Of a DNA stretch of 64,000 nt, positions 33,246 to 45,357 are shown piece by piece (positions within the stretch are counted from its first letter, which is position 1; each line of letters opens with the position of its first letter). The stretch comes from an uncultured Planctomycetota bacterium. Lineage in GTDB: Bacteria; Planctomycetota; Planctomycetia; Isosphaerales; Isosphaeraceae. The DNA lies in the NCBI GenBank assembly GCA_963845755.1, contig CAWJTV010000036.1, positions 32,001-96,000 of the forward strand, written 5' to 3'. The notes below the pieces were generated by a model. That model did no database searches. It was not told the origin of the DNA and saw only the letters and a list, made by a program, of their open reading frames with translations. The translations under genes were made by a program, and so were the position numbers.

Positions 33246-35352
33246 TCACGCCTTCTTCCTCCGCGGCGCCGGCAAGGGCAAGGGCAAGGCCGACCCTTCC
33301 GCATATTTGGGACCGCCGATCGGCACGTGCGGGTTTCGGTTGAACTTGAAGAACGGCAGTCGGACGCCCCGGACCTTCACCATGTCGGCACGCTTCCGAC
33401 TGGGCGGGGCATAGGCCAGCGCCGCCTCCGCGGTCACGTCGTCGTCCTGGAACACACCGTCACCGCTGACCCCCAGGCCGCCGACGAGCGGCTTGGTCGC
33501 TCCGGTGCCGGTGAGGTCCTTGTACAACGGCGCACTGCCGGGGAAGAACACCACGCCGTTCTGGTTCGCCGGGTTGGACGGGTCGTGGAAGTTCGCGTTG
33601 GGGTTGAAGTCGGCGTAGCCCTGGAGGCTCTGATAGTCCTTGGCCGGCAGTGGAGCGCCCTGATTCGTGCCGTACGGGGTCACGCCACCGTCGGTCAAGA
33701 TCGAGCCCGGACCGGCCGGGTCGATATCGATCCCCTCGGGGAAATGCGGCAACGAGAGGTAGCGGAAGGTCCGGGCGGTGAGCGCCGTGCCGGCGGGAAT
33801 CCCCTTGATCTTGTCGGCCGGCTGGAGCTGGCTGGCGTTGTCGTAGTAGGCGACGTTGCGGGCCTTGGCGACCGCCACGCCGATCGAGAAATACGTGGCG
33901 TCCGGCATGCGGTACAGGCCCAGGATGTCGCCGTTCTCGTCGCTGACGGCGAAGACCATCCGGGTGGTACTGTTCAAGGGCAGTCGGATCTGGGCACGGA
34001 CCTGGCCGGCCTCGGCGATCCCGCGGGCCACGATCGCCTCGACGTCGGCTGCGGTCAGGTCGCCGCCGGCGTGGGGCGTCACCAGCCAGCCATAGGGCAC
34101 ACCCTGGCCGGGCAGGTAGATGTCCCCCTGCGCGTCAACCGGCTGGTCCGTGCCGTCATCGGGACTCCCCGCCCCGAATTTCGCGCCGTAGCTCAACACG
34201 TTCTTGACGCCTTCCAGCCCGCCGTGACCGAAGAGGTTGAGCGTGATGCCGACCAGGTCGATCCGGCCGAAGGGCTCGGTGAAATTGGGCAGCGCCGGCG
34301 CGCCGTTGACCGGGCCGTTGATCGGCACCCCGGCCTGCGAGCTCCCTCCGGCCGCCACGAACGCCATGTACTCGGCGACGTCCGAGTAATCCGGCTCCTT
34401 CTTGTTCCGCAGGAGCGGCGTGTTCAGAGTCGAGTTCTCTTCGGTAGCGTAGCCCGTGGTACCGGGGAAGAAGACGCCGATGCCGCCGACCTCGGCGAAG
34501 GTCCCGTCCGGCTGCTTCTTGTACAGGGGCAAGCCGCCGGGCAGGGTCGCAATCCCCCGCGACTGCGCCGTGGGCAGGATGCCCGTGACCTGCCCGTACG
34601 ACTCGGGCGCGACAAGGTTGCCGCCGGCCGGAATGTCCTGTGAGGGGACGTTGAACCGCGTCCCTGTGGCATTGCTGATGCTGTCCCGGTTCGTGCCCTC
34701 GATGTCGAAGAGATCGACCTGCGGCGTGAACTGGATGCCCGGGGGGAAGTGTCCCTTGATCGCCACCGGCGCGACGTAGCCCGGGCCGTAGATCGTCGAG
34801 TTGCCGCCCGGATCGGGGACGTCGGGGTTGGAGTTCGACCTCGCGCTGGGAGACCGTGGTCTGGCTGATGTCCTGGACGGTTCGGGAGGTCAAGGGCGCC
34901 GTGTCGTTGGCGAAATAGGCGCCCGTGCGAGCCAGCGAGACGGCGCCATCGATGGCGAAGACCTTGTTCGTCACATCGTCCGTGATCTGCGTCGAGACCC
35001 CGCTCTCGATCCGGACGCCCAGGATCGTCCCGTTGCGGTTGACCACGGCGATGATGGCATCATTCAGGTCGGTGGCCGCCGCCGCGCGCTCCAGGAGCGT
35101 CTTCACGTCGCCGGGCGTGAGCACCTGGTCGGGCAAGGGCGGCGCGGAGGGATCGTCGGGATTGGTCGGGTCGTAGCCATGCACGCCAGGAGCGATGTCG
35201 GTGCCGCTGGTGACGGCCGAGGAGACATGCGCGGCGGAGTGCCGGGCCGACGCGCTGAGCAGCATACGCGGCTCGAGCCGGTCACACGACAGGCCGACAA
35301 CTCCGTCCCACCTGCGGCGCGGACGGGAATCGCGCAAGCTCCACCATCGCAT
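33246..35352 (-). CDS. Secreted heme-binding-type protein with two GlcG/HbpS-like domains (frameshift near 34835)
   Basis: CDRLEPRMLLS export motif; domain 1 AIIAVVNRNG...LARTGAYF...LPGGLPLYK...GGIGV; domain 2 VFAVSDENG...AKARNVAYY...FPGSAPLYK...GGLGVSGDG. Confidence 0.78.
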
Positions 35353-35789
35353 GGCGTTCCGTCGCCTCTCGCCTCGGGTTCCCCGGGCCGACGGGCCATG
35401 AGCCGCCGGACGCGCCGTACTCCGAGAAATGGGCCCTTGACCGCCGTCCCTATTGCCGACGGTCGATCGCGTTCCACGCTCCATCACTCAGGAGGATCGG
35501 CGGTCCTGCCGTCACAGATCACTTTTTCCGTGCGATCGTGGCCATGCATGTGATCGCGACAATCGAAAGATTCGTCAAAATCCTCAACTTTTCCTGTCGT
35601 GTGAACCGATCTTGAAGCGACAGACCATACCTTGTCTTCGTGGTATCGGTCCGGGCCGAATACGTCACGTCGTGAGTCACCGATCGACTCTTCATTTCCG
35701 GCAGGCGTCACCAGCCGTGTTCTCGCATGCCGTCGGGACACGTATCGTTCCTGCGCCCCAGCGCCAACGAAGATCTCCGGGGGAAATCG

Positions 35790-37786
35790 ATGGGGCTGAG
35801 CCGCCGAGCCTGGGTCCTGGCTACGACACTCGCGCGATCGGCGCGTGGTGCGGGCCGGTCGGCGCCCAGGAGCGAACGACGCCTTCGGTCCCGCCGCCGG
35901 CGGCGTCCGGCTCGCCCTCGGATCCGAGTCCGACGAACCTGCCTCCGGTCTTCCCCACTCCGGACTCGCCGAGCGAACGAATGACGCGGGACTCGGGGGC
36001 TACGAATCGCCCGCTCACCGGCCCTTGGCCCGGCGTGCTAAGGCGGCCGATCGACGTCCCGTCCTCGCCGGCCCTGGTCGGGCCGCTCTTCGACACCGGC
36101 CCGTTCCTCCAGGTACCGATGGATCCCCCGACCGGCTATACCGGACCGTCCGGAGTGCTCCCCACCGAGCCGCAGCAGTCGAGCCATTTCGTCCCGGTCG
36201 AGGATCGCTGGCGGATCGGATCTCCCACCTGGGACCGCTACGACAAAGGCCATCCGATCACCGACGAGTACCCCTACATGCCCGGCCGATTGCTCGACCC
36301 GTACAACCTCAACGTCTTCAAGGGGGATTACCCGATCCTCGGCCAGCATACGTTCCTCGACATCAGCGCGACGGCCAACCTCGACTTCGAAGGCCGTGAG
36401 ATCCCGACCCAGACCTCGGGGTTCGAGAGCACGGAGCGCCCGTTCTCCGGAAACTCGTTCGGCCGGCCCAACAGCTTCTTCACGCTCAACTTCTTCTCGT
36501 TCTCGTTCGACCTGTTCCACGGCGATGGGGCGTTCAAGCCGGTCGATTGGCGCATCAAGCTGGTCCCGACCCTGGGCGTCAGCAACTTCTCGTTCAGCGA
36601 GCAGGCGCAGACCAGCCCCAACGTGGCCCAGGGGACCATTCGCACCCGAGAAGTCTGGGCGCTCCAGGAGGCGTTCGCGGAGTACAAGCTGGCCGACCTC
36701 GGCCCCGATTACGATTTCGTCTCGGTCCGCGCCGGCAACCAGCCGTTCAACGCCGATTTCCGCGGATTCCTCTTCTCCGACATCAACCGGGGAGTCCGGC
36801 TCTTCGGCACCCAGCACTCGAATCGCGACCAGTTCAACCTGGTGTACTTCCGCCAGTGGGAAAAGGACACCAACACCGGCCTGAACACGTTCAACGACCG
36901 CGGACAGAACCTGATCTTCGCCAATTACTACCGCCAGGACTTCATCTTCCCCGGCTACACGGCGCAGGTGAGCCTGAACTACGACAACGACCCGGCGTCG
37001 ATCAAGTTCGACAAGAACCGGTTCCTGGTGCGCCCGGACCCCGTGGGCAACTTCCAGCCGCACGAGGTGGACGTGGCCTATCTGGGCATCGCGGGCGACG
37101 GACACTGGGGCCGGTTCAACCTGACGAACCAGTTCTACTGGGCGTTCGGCCGCGACAGCATGAACCCGCTGGCCAACCGCCCGCAGACGATCAATGCGCA
37201 GATGGCGGCGATCGAAGGCTCGTACGACCGCGACTGGGTGCGGTACCGGCTGTCATTCTTCTTCGCATCGGGGGACGGCAACGTCAACGACACGCACGCC
37301 ACCGGGTTCGACACGATCCTCGACGCGCCCAATTTCGCCGGCGGCCAGTTCAGCTTCTGGAACCGGCAGCAGATCGGCCTGCAAGGAGTGAACCTGGTAC
37401 AGCGGCTCAGCCTGGTGCCCGACCTGCGCTCGAGCAAGATCCAGGGCCAGGCGAACTTCGTCAACCCCGGGCTGATCCTGCCCACCTTCGGCATGGACTT
37501 CGAGCTGACGCCCACGCTCAAGCTGATCACCAACTACAACCTGGTCTGGTTCGACAAGACGGCCCCGTTACAGCAGTTCTTGTACCAGGGGAACATCGAC
37601 CGTTTCGTCGGGTTCGACATCGGCTATGGCTTCGAGTATCGACCGCTGTTGAGCGAGAACGTCGCGATCATCGGCGGCGTGCAGATGTTGATCCCCGGTC
37701 AGGGTTTCCGTGACATCTACAACAATTTCGACAATCGGGTCGGCGGCCTGGTCGCGGGGTTCCTCAATTCGGTGTTCACGTTCTAG
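35790..37786 (+). CDS. Predicted outer-membrane beta-barrel protein (frameshift near 35835)
   Basis: Signal peptide MGLSRRAWVLATTL..AIGAWCGPVGAQE, Pro-rich linker, many amphipathic aromatic strands, C-terminal FLNSVFTF ending in Phe. Confidence 0.7.
37712..37786 (+). repeat. att-like direct repeat, left copy (3' end of barrel gene)
   Basis: 75 bp with about 6 mismatches to 46729-46803. Confidence 0.9.
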
Positions 37787-37828
37787 AGCGCATGGCGTTC
37801 GAATTGCGACACGGTGCGAGGCCGCCCG

Positions 37829-38158
37829 AGTTAACTTGGTCCTTGATCTGTTGAGGCCCATGGGCCCATGATCTCATTTCTTTCCGAACATTCTTTGCCC
37901 ATCTTCCGTGCTCGCTCCCCTATATGTTGCTATTTATTACCTCTGATCTGCTTTGTTCTCGGAATAATTTCCGCCTTCCATAGCTGGCGATTCCCTAACT
38001 AAGTAAGGCATGTTAATTTTTATCAACAGTCTGTTGACCGCGCATTGGATCATTGTTATCAGAAGAGAATCCATGCGGATGGTCGTCGTTAACTTGCGGT
38101 CGCGGCTCGGGTCGGGCTGTGGGTGAGGAAGGCGAAGAAAGGGATCGAAGAGAGTTAA
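37829..38158. repeat. 330-bp AT-rich non-coding direct repeat, copy 1
   Basis: Near-identical to 44865-45195. Confidence 0.95.
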
Positions 38159-38357
38159 ATCACCTTTCGTGATTCTGGGAGACTTTCATCCAGCGCTGGC
38201 TCGCGGGTAGCAATGGTGCCCGCGCTTGTTCCAAGCCTCAAGGTAGATCTTCTTGTTCCATAAGTTTCTCCATGGTCGGGCACCGATGGTTCCATGGGAC
38301 GGTGGCGTGTAAGTCCTCCCAGACCCGTTCGATGCGATTGTGATCGGGGCAGTCAGC
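38159..38357 (-). pseudogene. IS630-family transposase C-terminal remnant with IS end
   Basis: DCPDHNRIERVWEDLHATVPWNHRCPTMEKLM on the minus strand. Confidence 0.7.
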
Positions 38358-38359
38358 CC

Positions 38360-38760
38360 GGGCGTACCTGAAACAGACCGGCTATCGCCATGGGCTCCTG
38401 TTCTGGGCCGAGAAGAACGGCCAGGGTGGTCCGTTGCGATATCAATGAGACTCCTCGCCGATCTCCATCGGGTTTTTATGATAACATGAAGGTAGAAAAG
38501 GACTTAAACTCATTCCCACGCTCCGCGTGAGAACGAGAGGGGGAGCGTCGGGCGGTGGCGATCAGCGAGGAGTCTCATATCAATCGGTGCAAGAACGCTG
38601 GGCGGGCTACTGTGCCCGGGCCGGGGTCTGCTGCACGCTCCACCGGTTGCGTCACACGCACGCGACCGAGCTGGTTAAGGGAGGCGTGAGCCTAGCGACG
38701 ATCCGCAAGCGTCTGGGGCACAAGACTCTCCAGACCACATTGCGATATGCCAAGCAGTTC
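38360..38760 (+). pseudogene. Tyrosine recombinase C-terminal fragment interrupted by a MITE
   Basis: RAYLKQTGYRHGLLFWAEKNGQGGPLRYQ | SVQERW...HRLRHTHATEL...RLGHKTLQTTLRYA (HxLRH, LGH, catalytic Y). Confidence 0.85.
38447..38576. mobile_element. 130-bp MITE
   Basis: TIR GAGACTCCTCGC(C/T)GATC at both ends; 8-bp TSD ATATCAAT (38439-38446, 38577-38584); removal restores RYQSVQ. Confidence 0.88.
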
Positions 38761-38938
38761 GGATGCGACGGCCGATGGGAAGTGCGCAGCGGAAGCAATT
38801 GCGATCCCGATGATAATCCTAGACGACGTTTGCGGATGAGCCAGGCCCACTCACCGGGGCTCAGAGCATGTTTTCGCAGCAATCTGGGCGGCACCATGAG
38901 TCCGAAACTGGATTGCTCGAGCAAATTGGGACACCTAG

Positions 38939-40587
38939 GAGCCTGTCCGAGAATTCGCCCGTGTCTCGCCTTGGCCCCTGGGTTCCCACCGGGCCTTGGC
39001 CATTTCGGCCTCGGCCGCGCCCTCGGCGCGCACTATCCCACTCAACTCTCGGCGGCGGCGCAGGTGTGGCGCCAAATCTTCAGTAGATTGTGGGTCAGGC
39101 AGATCAGTTGCCACTCGGCGGAGACTTTCTCCAAGCCACGGAGCAGAAACTGGCGAATCCCCCGCGCGAATTTGATCTGGCCGAAGACCGGTTCGACGAT
39201 CTGCTTCCGCGCCGCGTACAGGGCTTTGCCGGCCGCCGTACGCAGTTTGTGCTGCATCTTCTCGTTCACACTCGCTTCCGGTGCGGGAGCCGTCGTCGCC
39301 GACGTCACCGCAGCCACGTGGTGCTTCTGACGCTCAACAGCCACATACGGGTCCATGCCGAGCTGCTCCAGTCCCGCCACCGCTTTCGCGCTGAAATAGC
39401 CCGTGTCCGCCGTGTTCGGAATCGGCGTCGGGGTCCCGTCGCTGGCCATCGGCCGCGGGATCCCAGCCGCCTCCAGATTGTTTAAGGCTGCTTGCGCCAT
39501 CGGCACCGCCTGTTCCTTGTCGTTGGGCGCTCGAGGTCACGTCCGGGGCGACGATGATCTGGTGCGCGCCATCCACCACCGCCTGGGCGTTGTACGAATA
39601 ATCGAACCCCTTGTTGCTCTGCTTCATGATCTTCGCTTCGGGGTCGGTGAAGTTCATTTGCGCCTTCTCCTCGGGACTCGGATCGATCGGAGCCGGTGGC
39701 TTGCCCCGGCGTTTGCGGCCGTCCGCTTCCCGCTGGGCTTGGGCCTGATCCCGGCGGCGTTGTTCTTCGTCCGCCCGGGCAGCCGCCTCGGCTTCCAGCC
39801 GCGCTTTCGCCTCGCGAATCTTGGCCAACCGATCGTCACGCCGCTTCAATTCCGCCGGCAGTTCGTCGCCGCGACGGCTCCCCAACGCCGCATCTTGCTC
39901 GGCGTCGAGCTGCTCAGCTTCCTGGAGCATTTGCTCGATCTCGGCCTTCAGCCGTTCGATTTCCTTCCCCATGTAGCCGTAGCTCATCGCCTTGTGCCGC
40001 GAGGCGTTGGCCCCCATCTTGGTCCCGTCGGTGGACAGGTTCCCCAACTTGACCATCCCCAACTCGCCCGCGATGCGCAGCACCTCAAGGAACAGGGGCC
40101 GCAGTGCCGCCAGGTGGATCTTGCGAAAATCGCTGATAGTGCGGAAGTCGGGCCGATCGATACCGACAATGGCTCGGAACGCCAGATTGCGCTCACAGGC
40201 GGCGGCGATCTTCCGGCTGGAGCGGACACCGATGCAGTAGGCATAGACCAGCAGCGTCACCATCATGGTCACGTCGAAGGGGGGTTGGCCGCGCAGTTCC
40301 TGGGCATAATGCTTGTGGAACGGAGTGAGGTCAAGCTGCGGGATGAGATCGATGAGGAAGAACACCAGATCGTCTTCGGGGAGCGCCTCCCGCGGCGAGA
40401 TGGCGTCGTGACCATTCTGTCGAGGGTCCCAGGCTCGGTAGGTCTTGCGTCGGCCCTCCATGATTCGGCTCCCCGATCAGGCACCAAGGTAGAGGAAAGG
40501 TCGGAAACCCGCATTGTGCCCGAACCGACTCCGTCCGTACACCTGGCTCATCCGCGACAATGCGGGTCAGAGTTCTCAGACAGGCTC
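38939..40587 (-). mobile_element. IS1182-family insertion sequence
   Basis: IRs GAGCCTGTC(C/T)GAGAA(T/C)TC, CTAG duplicated on both sides, transposase inside. Confidence 0.9.
39042..40461 (-). CDS. IS1182 transposase (frameshift near 39530)
   Basis: SSRKIAAACE, PDFRTISDFRK, DGTK, TDPEA, ADTGY, RKQIVEPVFGQIK. Confidence 0.9.
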
Positions 40588-40760
40588 CTAGCCTGCGATT
40601 GGCGTGACCGAGAGGCCGAAGGTGCAGTACTGGAAATGCCGTCTGCCGTTTACCCCATACCGAGGGTTTCGAAATCCTCTCTCGGCAAGGTGCATGATGC
40701 CCAACGAATGTGGTGGTCCCCCCTGTTTCGAGATCGCTCGCATAGACGTGGAATTCGGCA

Positions 40761-41918
40761 ATGATCGGCCCTCTATTGAGCCCGGCTTTCGAGAGCGGCG
40801 GGCCAATGCGTGGGAGCTTCCTATTGCCTACCATCTGCCGGATCGTTGATCGCAACGGCGAGCTGGTCGCCACGGTCGCCAACCTCGATGAGATTCACGC
40901 GCTTCTCAGCGACAATACCCCTCGGAAGCCGTTGCGAGGGAAGCCGCCTTTGCTGAGCGTGGTCATCCCGCTGTTCAACGAAGAGCTGAACGTGGAGCAG
41001 CTCCATCGTCGGCTGGTGGATTCGCTCGACACGCTAGGTGAACCCTACGAGATCCTCTTCGTCAACGACGGCAGCCGCGATGATACGCCGGGGCGGCTGG
41101 AGCGAATTCAGGACGAGAGTCCCCAGGTCACCGTGATCCACTTGAGCCGGAATTTCGGCCACCAGGCGGCCGTATCGGCAGGGTTGGAATATGCCAGGGG
41201 CCGGGCCGTCGTCGTGATGGACGGCGACCTCCAGGATCCGCCCGAAGTCCTCCCGCAGTTCGTGGATCGCTGGAGGAAGGGCTACGACGTGGTCTACGCG
41301 GTTCGTCTGCAGCGGAAGGAGGGGCCGATCAAGCGACTCTGCTACTTCCTCTTCTACCGGATCATGAACGCGATCAGCGACATCGACATCCCGCTCGATA
41401 GCGGCGATTTCTGCTTGATGGACCGCAAGGTGATCGAGGTCCTGGTCGGCCTGCCCGAACGGATGCGTTTCGTCCGCGGGCTGCGTACGTTCGTCGGGTT
41501 CAAGCAAACGGGCCTCGAGTACAAACGTGCGGCACGTGCGGCCGGCAAGCCGAAATATACCTTGCGTTCGCTGATCTCGTTGGCCATCGACGGGCTGGTC
41601 AGCTTCAGCGGCTATCCGTTGCGGCTCTTAGCCTACGTGGGAGTCGCGACCGCGTTCGCCTCAGGCCTGGTGACGGTCTGGGTGCTGATCGACGCCCTGG
41701 CCAACCATACGGCCCCCCGCGGCTGGGCCAGCGTCATGGCCGCGATCCTGTTCGTGGGCTCGATCCAGCTCATCGGGCTGGGGGTGGTCGGTGAATACAT
41801 CCGCCTGATCTTCCTCGAGTCGAAGCGACGGCCCATGTACATCATCGGCGAATATCGCCCCATGGGGTTCACCGCGGCGGAGGGCTATCGCGTGGCCCCG
41901 CCGATCGAGATCTGCTAG
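40761..41918 (+). CDS. GT2 polyprenol-phosphate glycosyltransferase (GtrB/ArnC-like); start uncertain
   Basis: SVVIPLFNEE, VNDGSRD, SRNFGHQAA, MDGDLQDPP, two C-terminal TM helices, GEYI. Confidence 0.92.
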   Translation: MIGPLLSPAFESGGPMRGSFLLPTICRIVDRNGELVATVANLDEIHALLSDNTPRKPLRGKPPLLSVVIPLFNEELNVEQLHRRLVDSLDTLGEPYEILFVNDGSRDDTPGRLERIQDESPQVTVIHLSRNFGHQAAVSAGLEYARGRAVVVMDGDLQDPPEVLPQFVDRWRKGYDVVYAVRLQRKEGPIKRLCYFLFYRIMNAISDIDIPLDSGDFCLMDRKVIEVLVGLPERMRFVRGLRTFVGFKQTGLEYKRAARAAGKPKYTLRSLISLAIDGLVSFSGYPLRLLAYVGVATAFASGLVTVWVLIDALANHTAPRGWASVMAAILFVGSIQLIGLGVVGEYIRLIFLESKRRPMYIIGEYRPMGFTAAEGYRVAPPIEIC

Positions 41919-41929
41919 GAAGTCAAGAC

Positions 41930-42760
41930 ATGATCCACCGCTGGTCCGAGGGCGTGGCCGCCGACAACATGGCGGAGGACATCCTCGTCGAGTTGGGCTC
42001 GCTCATCAACCGCCACCCGTGGTGGCGGGCGCGGTCGCGGCTGACGCAGGAGCTCCTCGGTCGCCTGGGCGTGGCGCCGCCGGCGCGGGTGTTCGATGCG
42101 GGCTGCGGCTGGGGCACCACGTTGGAGGCCCTGGAGCGGGCGGGATACCGCGCCACCGGCGCCGACATCTCGCGGAGGGCCCTCGAGCGACTGGATCGAC
42201 CGGGCCGGGAGCTGGTGGAGGTGGACCTCACCAAGCCCTTGCCTCCGGAGGAGGTCCGGGGCTACGACGCCGTGCTGGCCCTCGACGTGATCGAGCATCT
42301 CGACGATGACCGGGCCGCGGTCGGCCGGCTGGGCGAACTGGCACGCCCGGGCGGATACGTGGTCGTGAGCGTCCCGTCCCGGCCCGACCTGTTCTCGGAG
42401 TTCGATCGCATCCAAGGGCATCGCCGCCGCTACCTGCCGGAGACCCTGGAGCGGGCCTTCCAGGTCGCCGACCTGGAACTCGAGCAGACCTTCTGGTGGG
42501 GCGCCTGGATGGTGCCCCTGATCCGCTGGTCGCGCGGCCGCTCCAAGGCGGCGGCCGGCAAGTTGACCGCCGCGGCCTACTGCCATTATCTCGCTCCCCC
42601 CTTGGCCGGTGCCGCTCGCCATGAAGGCCGCCTACGCGATCGAGCAGCCCCCGCGCTGGCCGGCAAGCTCCGCGACGGGACGTCGCTCTTCGCCGTCGCT
42701 CGCCGGGTCGCGCGAACCGAGGCCATGCCGTCGGCGATCCTCGAACCGGAGCGAACATGA
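41930..42760 (+). CDS. Class I SAM-dependent methyltransferase
   Basis: VFDAGCGWG, ALDVIEH, GHRRRY motifs. Confidence 0.88.
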   Translation: MIHRWSEGVAADNMAEDILVELGSLINRHPWWRARSRLTQELLGRLGVAPPARVFDAGCGWGTTLEALERAGYRATGADISRRALERLDRPGRELVEVDLTKPLPPEEVRGYDAVLALDVIEHLDDDRAAVGRLGELARPGGYVVVSVPSRPDLFSEFDRIQGHRRRYLPETLERAFQVADLELEQTFWWGAWMVPLIRWSRGRSKAAAGKLTAAAYCHYLAPPLAGAARHEGRLRDRAAPALAGKLRDGTSLFAVARRVARTEAMPSAILEPERT

Positions 42761-44485
42761 GCCCCACACCCGACCCGGCCAAGACTGGCGCCACCCCGTC
42801 GTCTTCTCCATCGGGCGAGCTGGGCTCCATCCTGCTGCTGACGGCAGCCTGGGTGGGCATGGCGACCCTCGTCGATCCGCGGGGCGAGTTCTCGCTGAAT
42901 GATGACTGGGCCTATGCGCTTCCGGTCAAGACCCTCGTCGAGCGGGGCTCGATCCGCTTCACGTTCTGGCAGTCGATGACCCTGATCGCCCAGGTGCTCT
43001 GGGGCGCCCTGTTCTGCCTGCCCCGAGGGTTCTCGTTCCTGTGCTGCGGGTGTCGATGCTGACGGCCGGTCTAGCGGGCGTCTTGGGACTCTACCGCCTG
43101 TGCCGGCATATCGGTGCGGGCACCGCGCTGGCGACCTTGGCCACTCTGACGCTCGCCCTCAACCCCATCTACTTCGGACTGTCTTGCACGTTCATGACCG
43201 ATGTCTCTTTCACGGCAATCATGATCCTCAGCATTCTGGGGCTCTTCATGGGGCTCGATACGAGGAGGGATCGGCTCCTTCTGGTCGGGTTGGCAGCGGC
43301 TTTCGCAGCCCTGTTCGTCCGCCAGCTTGCCCTGGCGGTGTTCCTGGCCTTCCTCGTCGCCTCTCCGCTCAAGCTCGGCCTCGGTCGCCGATGGCTGCTC
43401 TACGCGGTGTCTCCCACGCTGCTCGCGGGCGTCTCCCTGGCAGCCTATTCTCGCGTACTTACCTACTTCGGCCGGCTTCCGGGGATGTACTACGCGAAAG
43501 CCAATACCCTCAACGCGATGATCCGGGATCTGCTCTATTTCCGGCCCGGCGCGGTCAAACCGGCCTTGGCGCGGCGATCATGATGTTCATGCTCGCGGGG
43601 CTCTTCGCCCTACCCGTGCTTTCGGCACTCTGGCCCGCGCTGGTCTCAGGATTCGAGAGGGGCCGGCGGAATCGCCGCTACGGCTGGATCGCCGGCTTCA
43701 CCTGTGCCGTGACCGCGGGCCTCGCCGCGATGGGCAACTTGCTGCCCATGTCGGGGAACATCATGCAAGATCTGCGGATGGGGATCGTCTCGCTTCCGGG
43801 CTCGGGTTTGGCGGCGGCCCCGAAGACTTACTGGATCGTCCTCACGGCGGCCGCGGCACTCGGGCTGTCGCTTCTGCTCCTCGTCCTCCTCGACCTTTCG
43901 ACGGCCGCGTTCCACGCGCGGGACGAGAATGGGACGACATTGCGGTTCCGCATCGTTTTCCTGGTGCTGACGGGCGTGCTTTATTTCGGCCCGCTGGGCT
44001 TGCCCTATCAGGCCATGCTGGACCGCTATGTGCTGCTGATCCTCGCCCTGTTCATCGCCCTCTCGGTACTCGTGCTCCAAGTTGATAGCGGACAAGTCAC
44101 CCGCCGCTCGCTGGCGACCGGCCTGATCCTCGCGGCCATGTTCGGCGCGTACACGGTGGCGACAGTGCACGACCTCTTCGCATGGCAGAGGGTGCGCTGG
44201 GAAGCCTGCAACGACCTGATGGCCGGAAGGGTAAACGGCGTCGAGGTGTCCTCCGACCAGATCGACGGCGGATTCGAGTTCAACAACCAGATCCCCAACG
44301 AGCGGACCATTTACACGACCAGCGTCAACGGAGACCTGGTCACCGATGCCCAAGCCCGACCCTACGCAGTCGCGTTCAGCGAGCTGCCGGGTTTCGAGAC
44401 GCTGGAACGCCGGAGGACTCCGGTCTGGCTCCCGTATCCGCCGCAAGAGATCCTAGTTCTCCGCCGGATCCAGTCGCATCCTTGA
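42757..44485 (+). CDS. Multi-pass GT-C (ArnT/PMT-like) glycosyltransferase (frameshifts near 43040 and 43570)
   Basis: LNDDWAY luminal DD motif, FMTDV, many TM segments, DRY; three overlapping ORFs. Confidence 0.75.
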
Positions 44486-44769
44486 GGGGTAGGGCAACGA
44501 TTCGCGAGCAGCCGGGCCATTCTCGTCGGGCGCGTCCTGGCGTCTCATCGAGGAGGACGCCTATCGCACGCGGTTCCCGGGCGCACTCGACGCGGGGCGA
44601 TTCGATGCCATCATCGGCCCGCCGTTCGCACTGCCGACGGTTCCGCATGGCGGCTGCATGGCGGGTCCCGCCTTCAGCTACGCGATGCTGTACAACCTCA
44701 TGGGAGCGCCGAGCTGGAACGGATCTTCCCGGCCCTGGCTCCAGCTCATCTGGCCGCCTGACCCTCTAC

Positions 44770-44864
44770 TGGCCGCCTTGGAGTGGACCATCGCGTGGCT
44801 GCATTCCTTCGGCCGGCTGCGCCGCCGTTGGGATCAGCTCGCGGAGATTCAAGCGCCTTCCTCA
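44770..44864 (+). pseudogene. IS5-like transposase C-terminal remnant
   Basis: LEWTIAWLHSFGRLRRRWDQLAEIQ. Confidence 0.55.
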
Positions 44865-45195
44865 AGTTAGTTTGGTCCTTGATCTGTTGAGGCCCATGGG
44901 CCCATGATCTCATTTCTTTCCGAACATTCTTTGCCCATCTTCCGTGCTCGCTCCCCTACATGTCGCTATTTATTACCTCTGATTTGCTTTGTTCTCGGAA
45001 TAACTTTCGCTTTCCATAACTGGCGATTCCCTAACTAAGTAAGGCATGTTAATTTTTATCAACAGTCTGTTGACCGCGCCATTGGATCATTGTTATCAGA
45101 AGAGAATCCATGCGGATGGTCGTCGTTAACTTGCGGTCGCGGCTCGGGTCGGGCTGTGCGCGAGGAAGGCGGGGAAAGGGGTCGAAGAGAGTTAA
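44865..45195. repeat. 330-bp AT-rich non-coding direct repeat, copy 2
   Basis: Near-identical to 37829-38158. Confidence 0.95.
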
Positions 45196-45357
45196 GGGGT
45201 CGGGAACCCGAATGTGGAATTCGGTTCCTGATCGCTCTGCTGCCCCACGGACTCAGTCCGAATCGACGGCCAGGTCCGAATCGACGGCCGGCCGAGATTC
45301 GCCGACCGGGTGCGTTGCTGCTCACGGGCGAGTTCTCTCGCTAAAGGTCATTCATGA

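Noticed and set aside
37829..45195. Integron attC/attI sites suggested by GTTA ends
   Set aside because: No paired RYYYAAC/GTTRRRY boxes around single-gene cassettes, and no IntI-like features recognised in the integrase fragment
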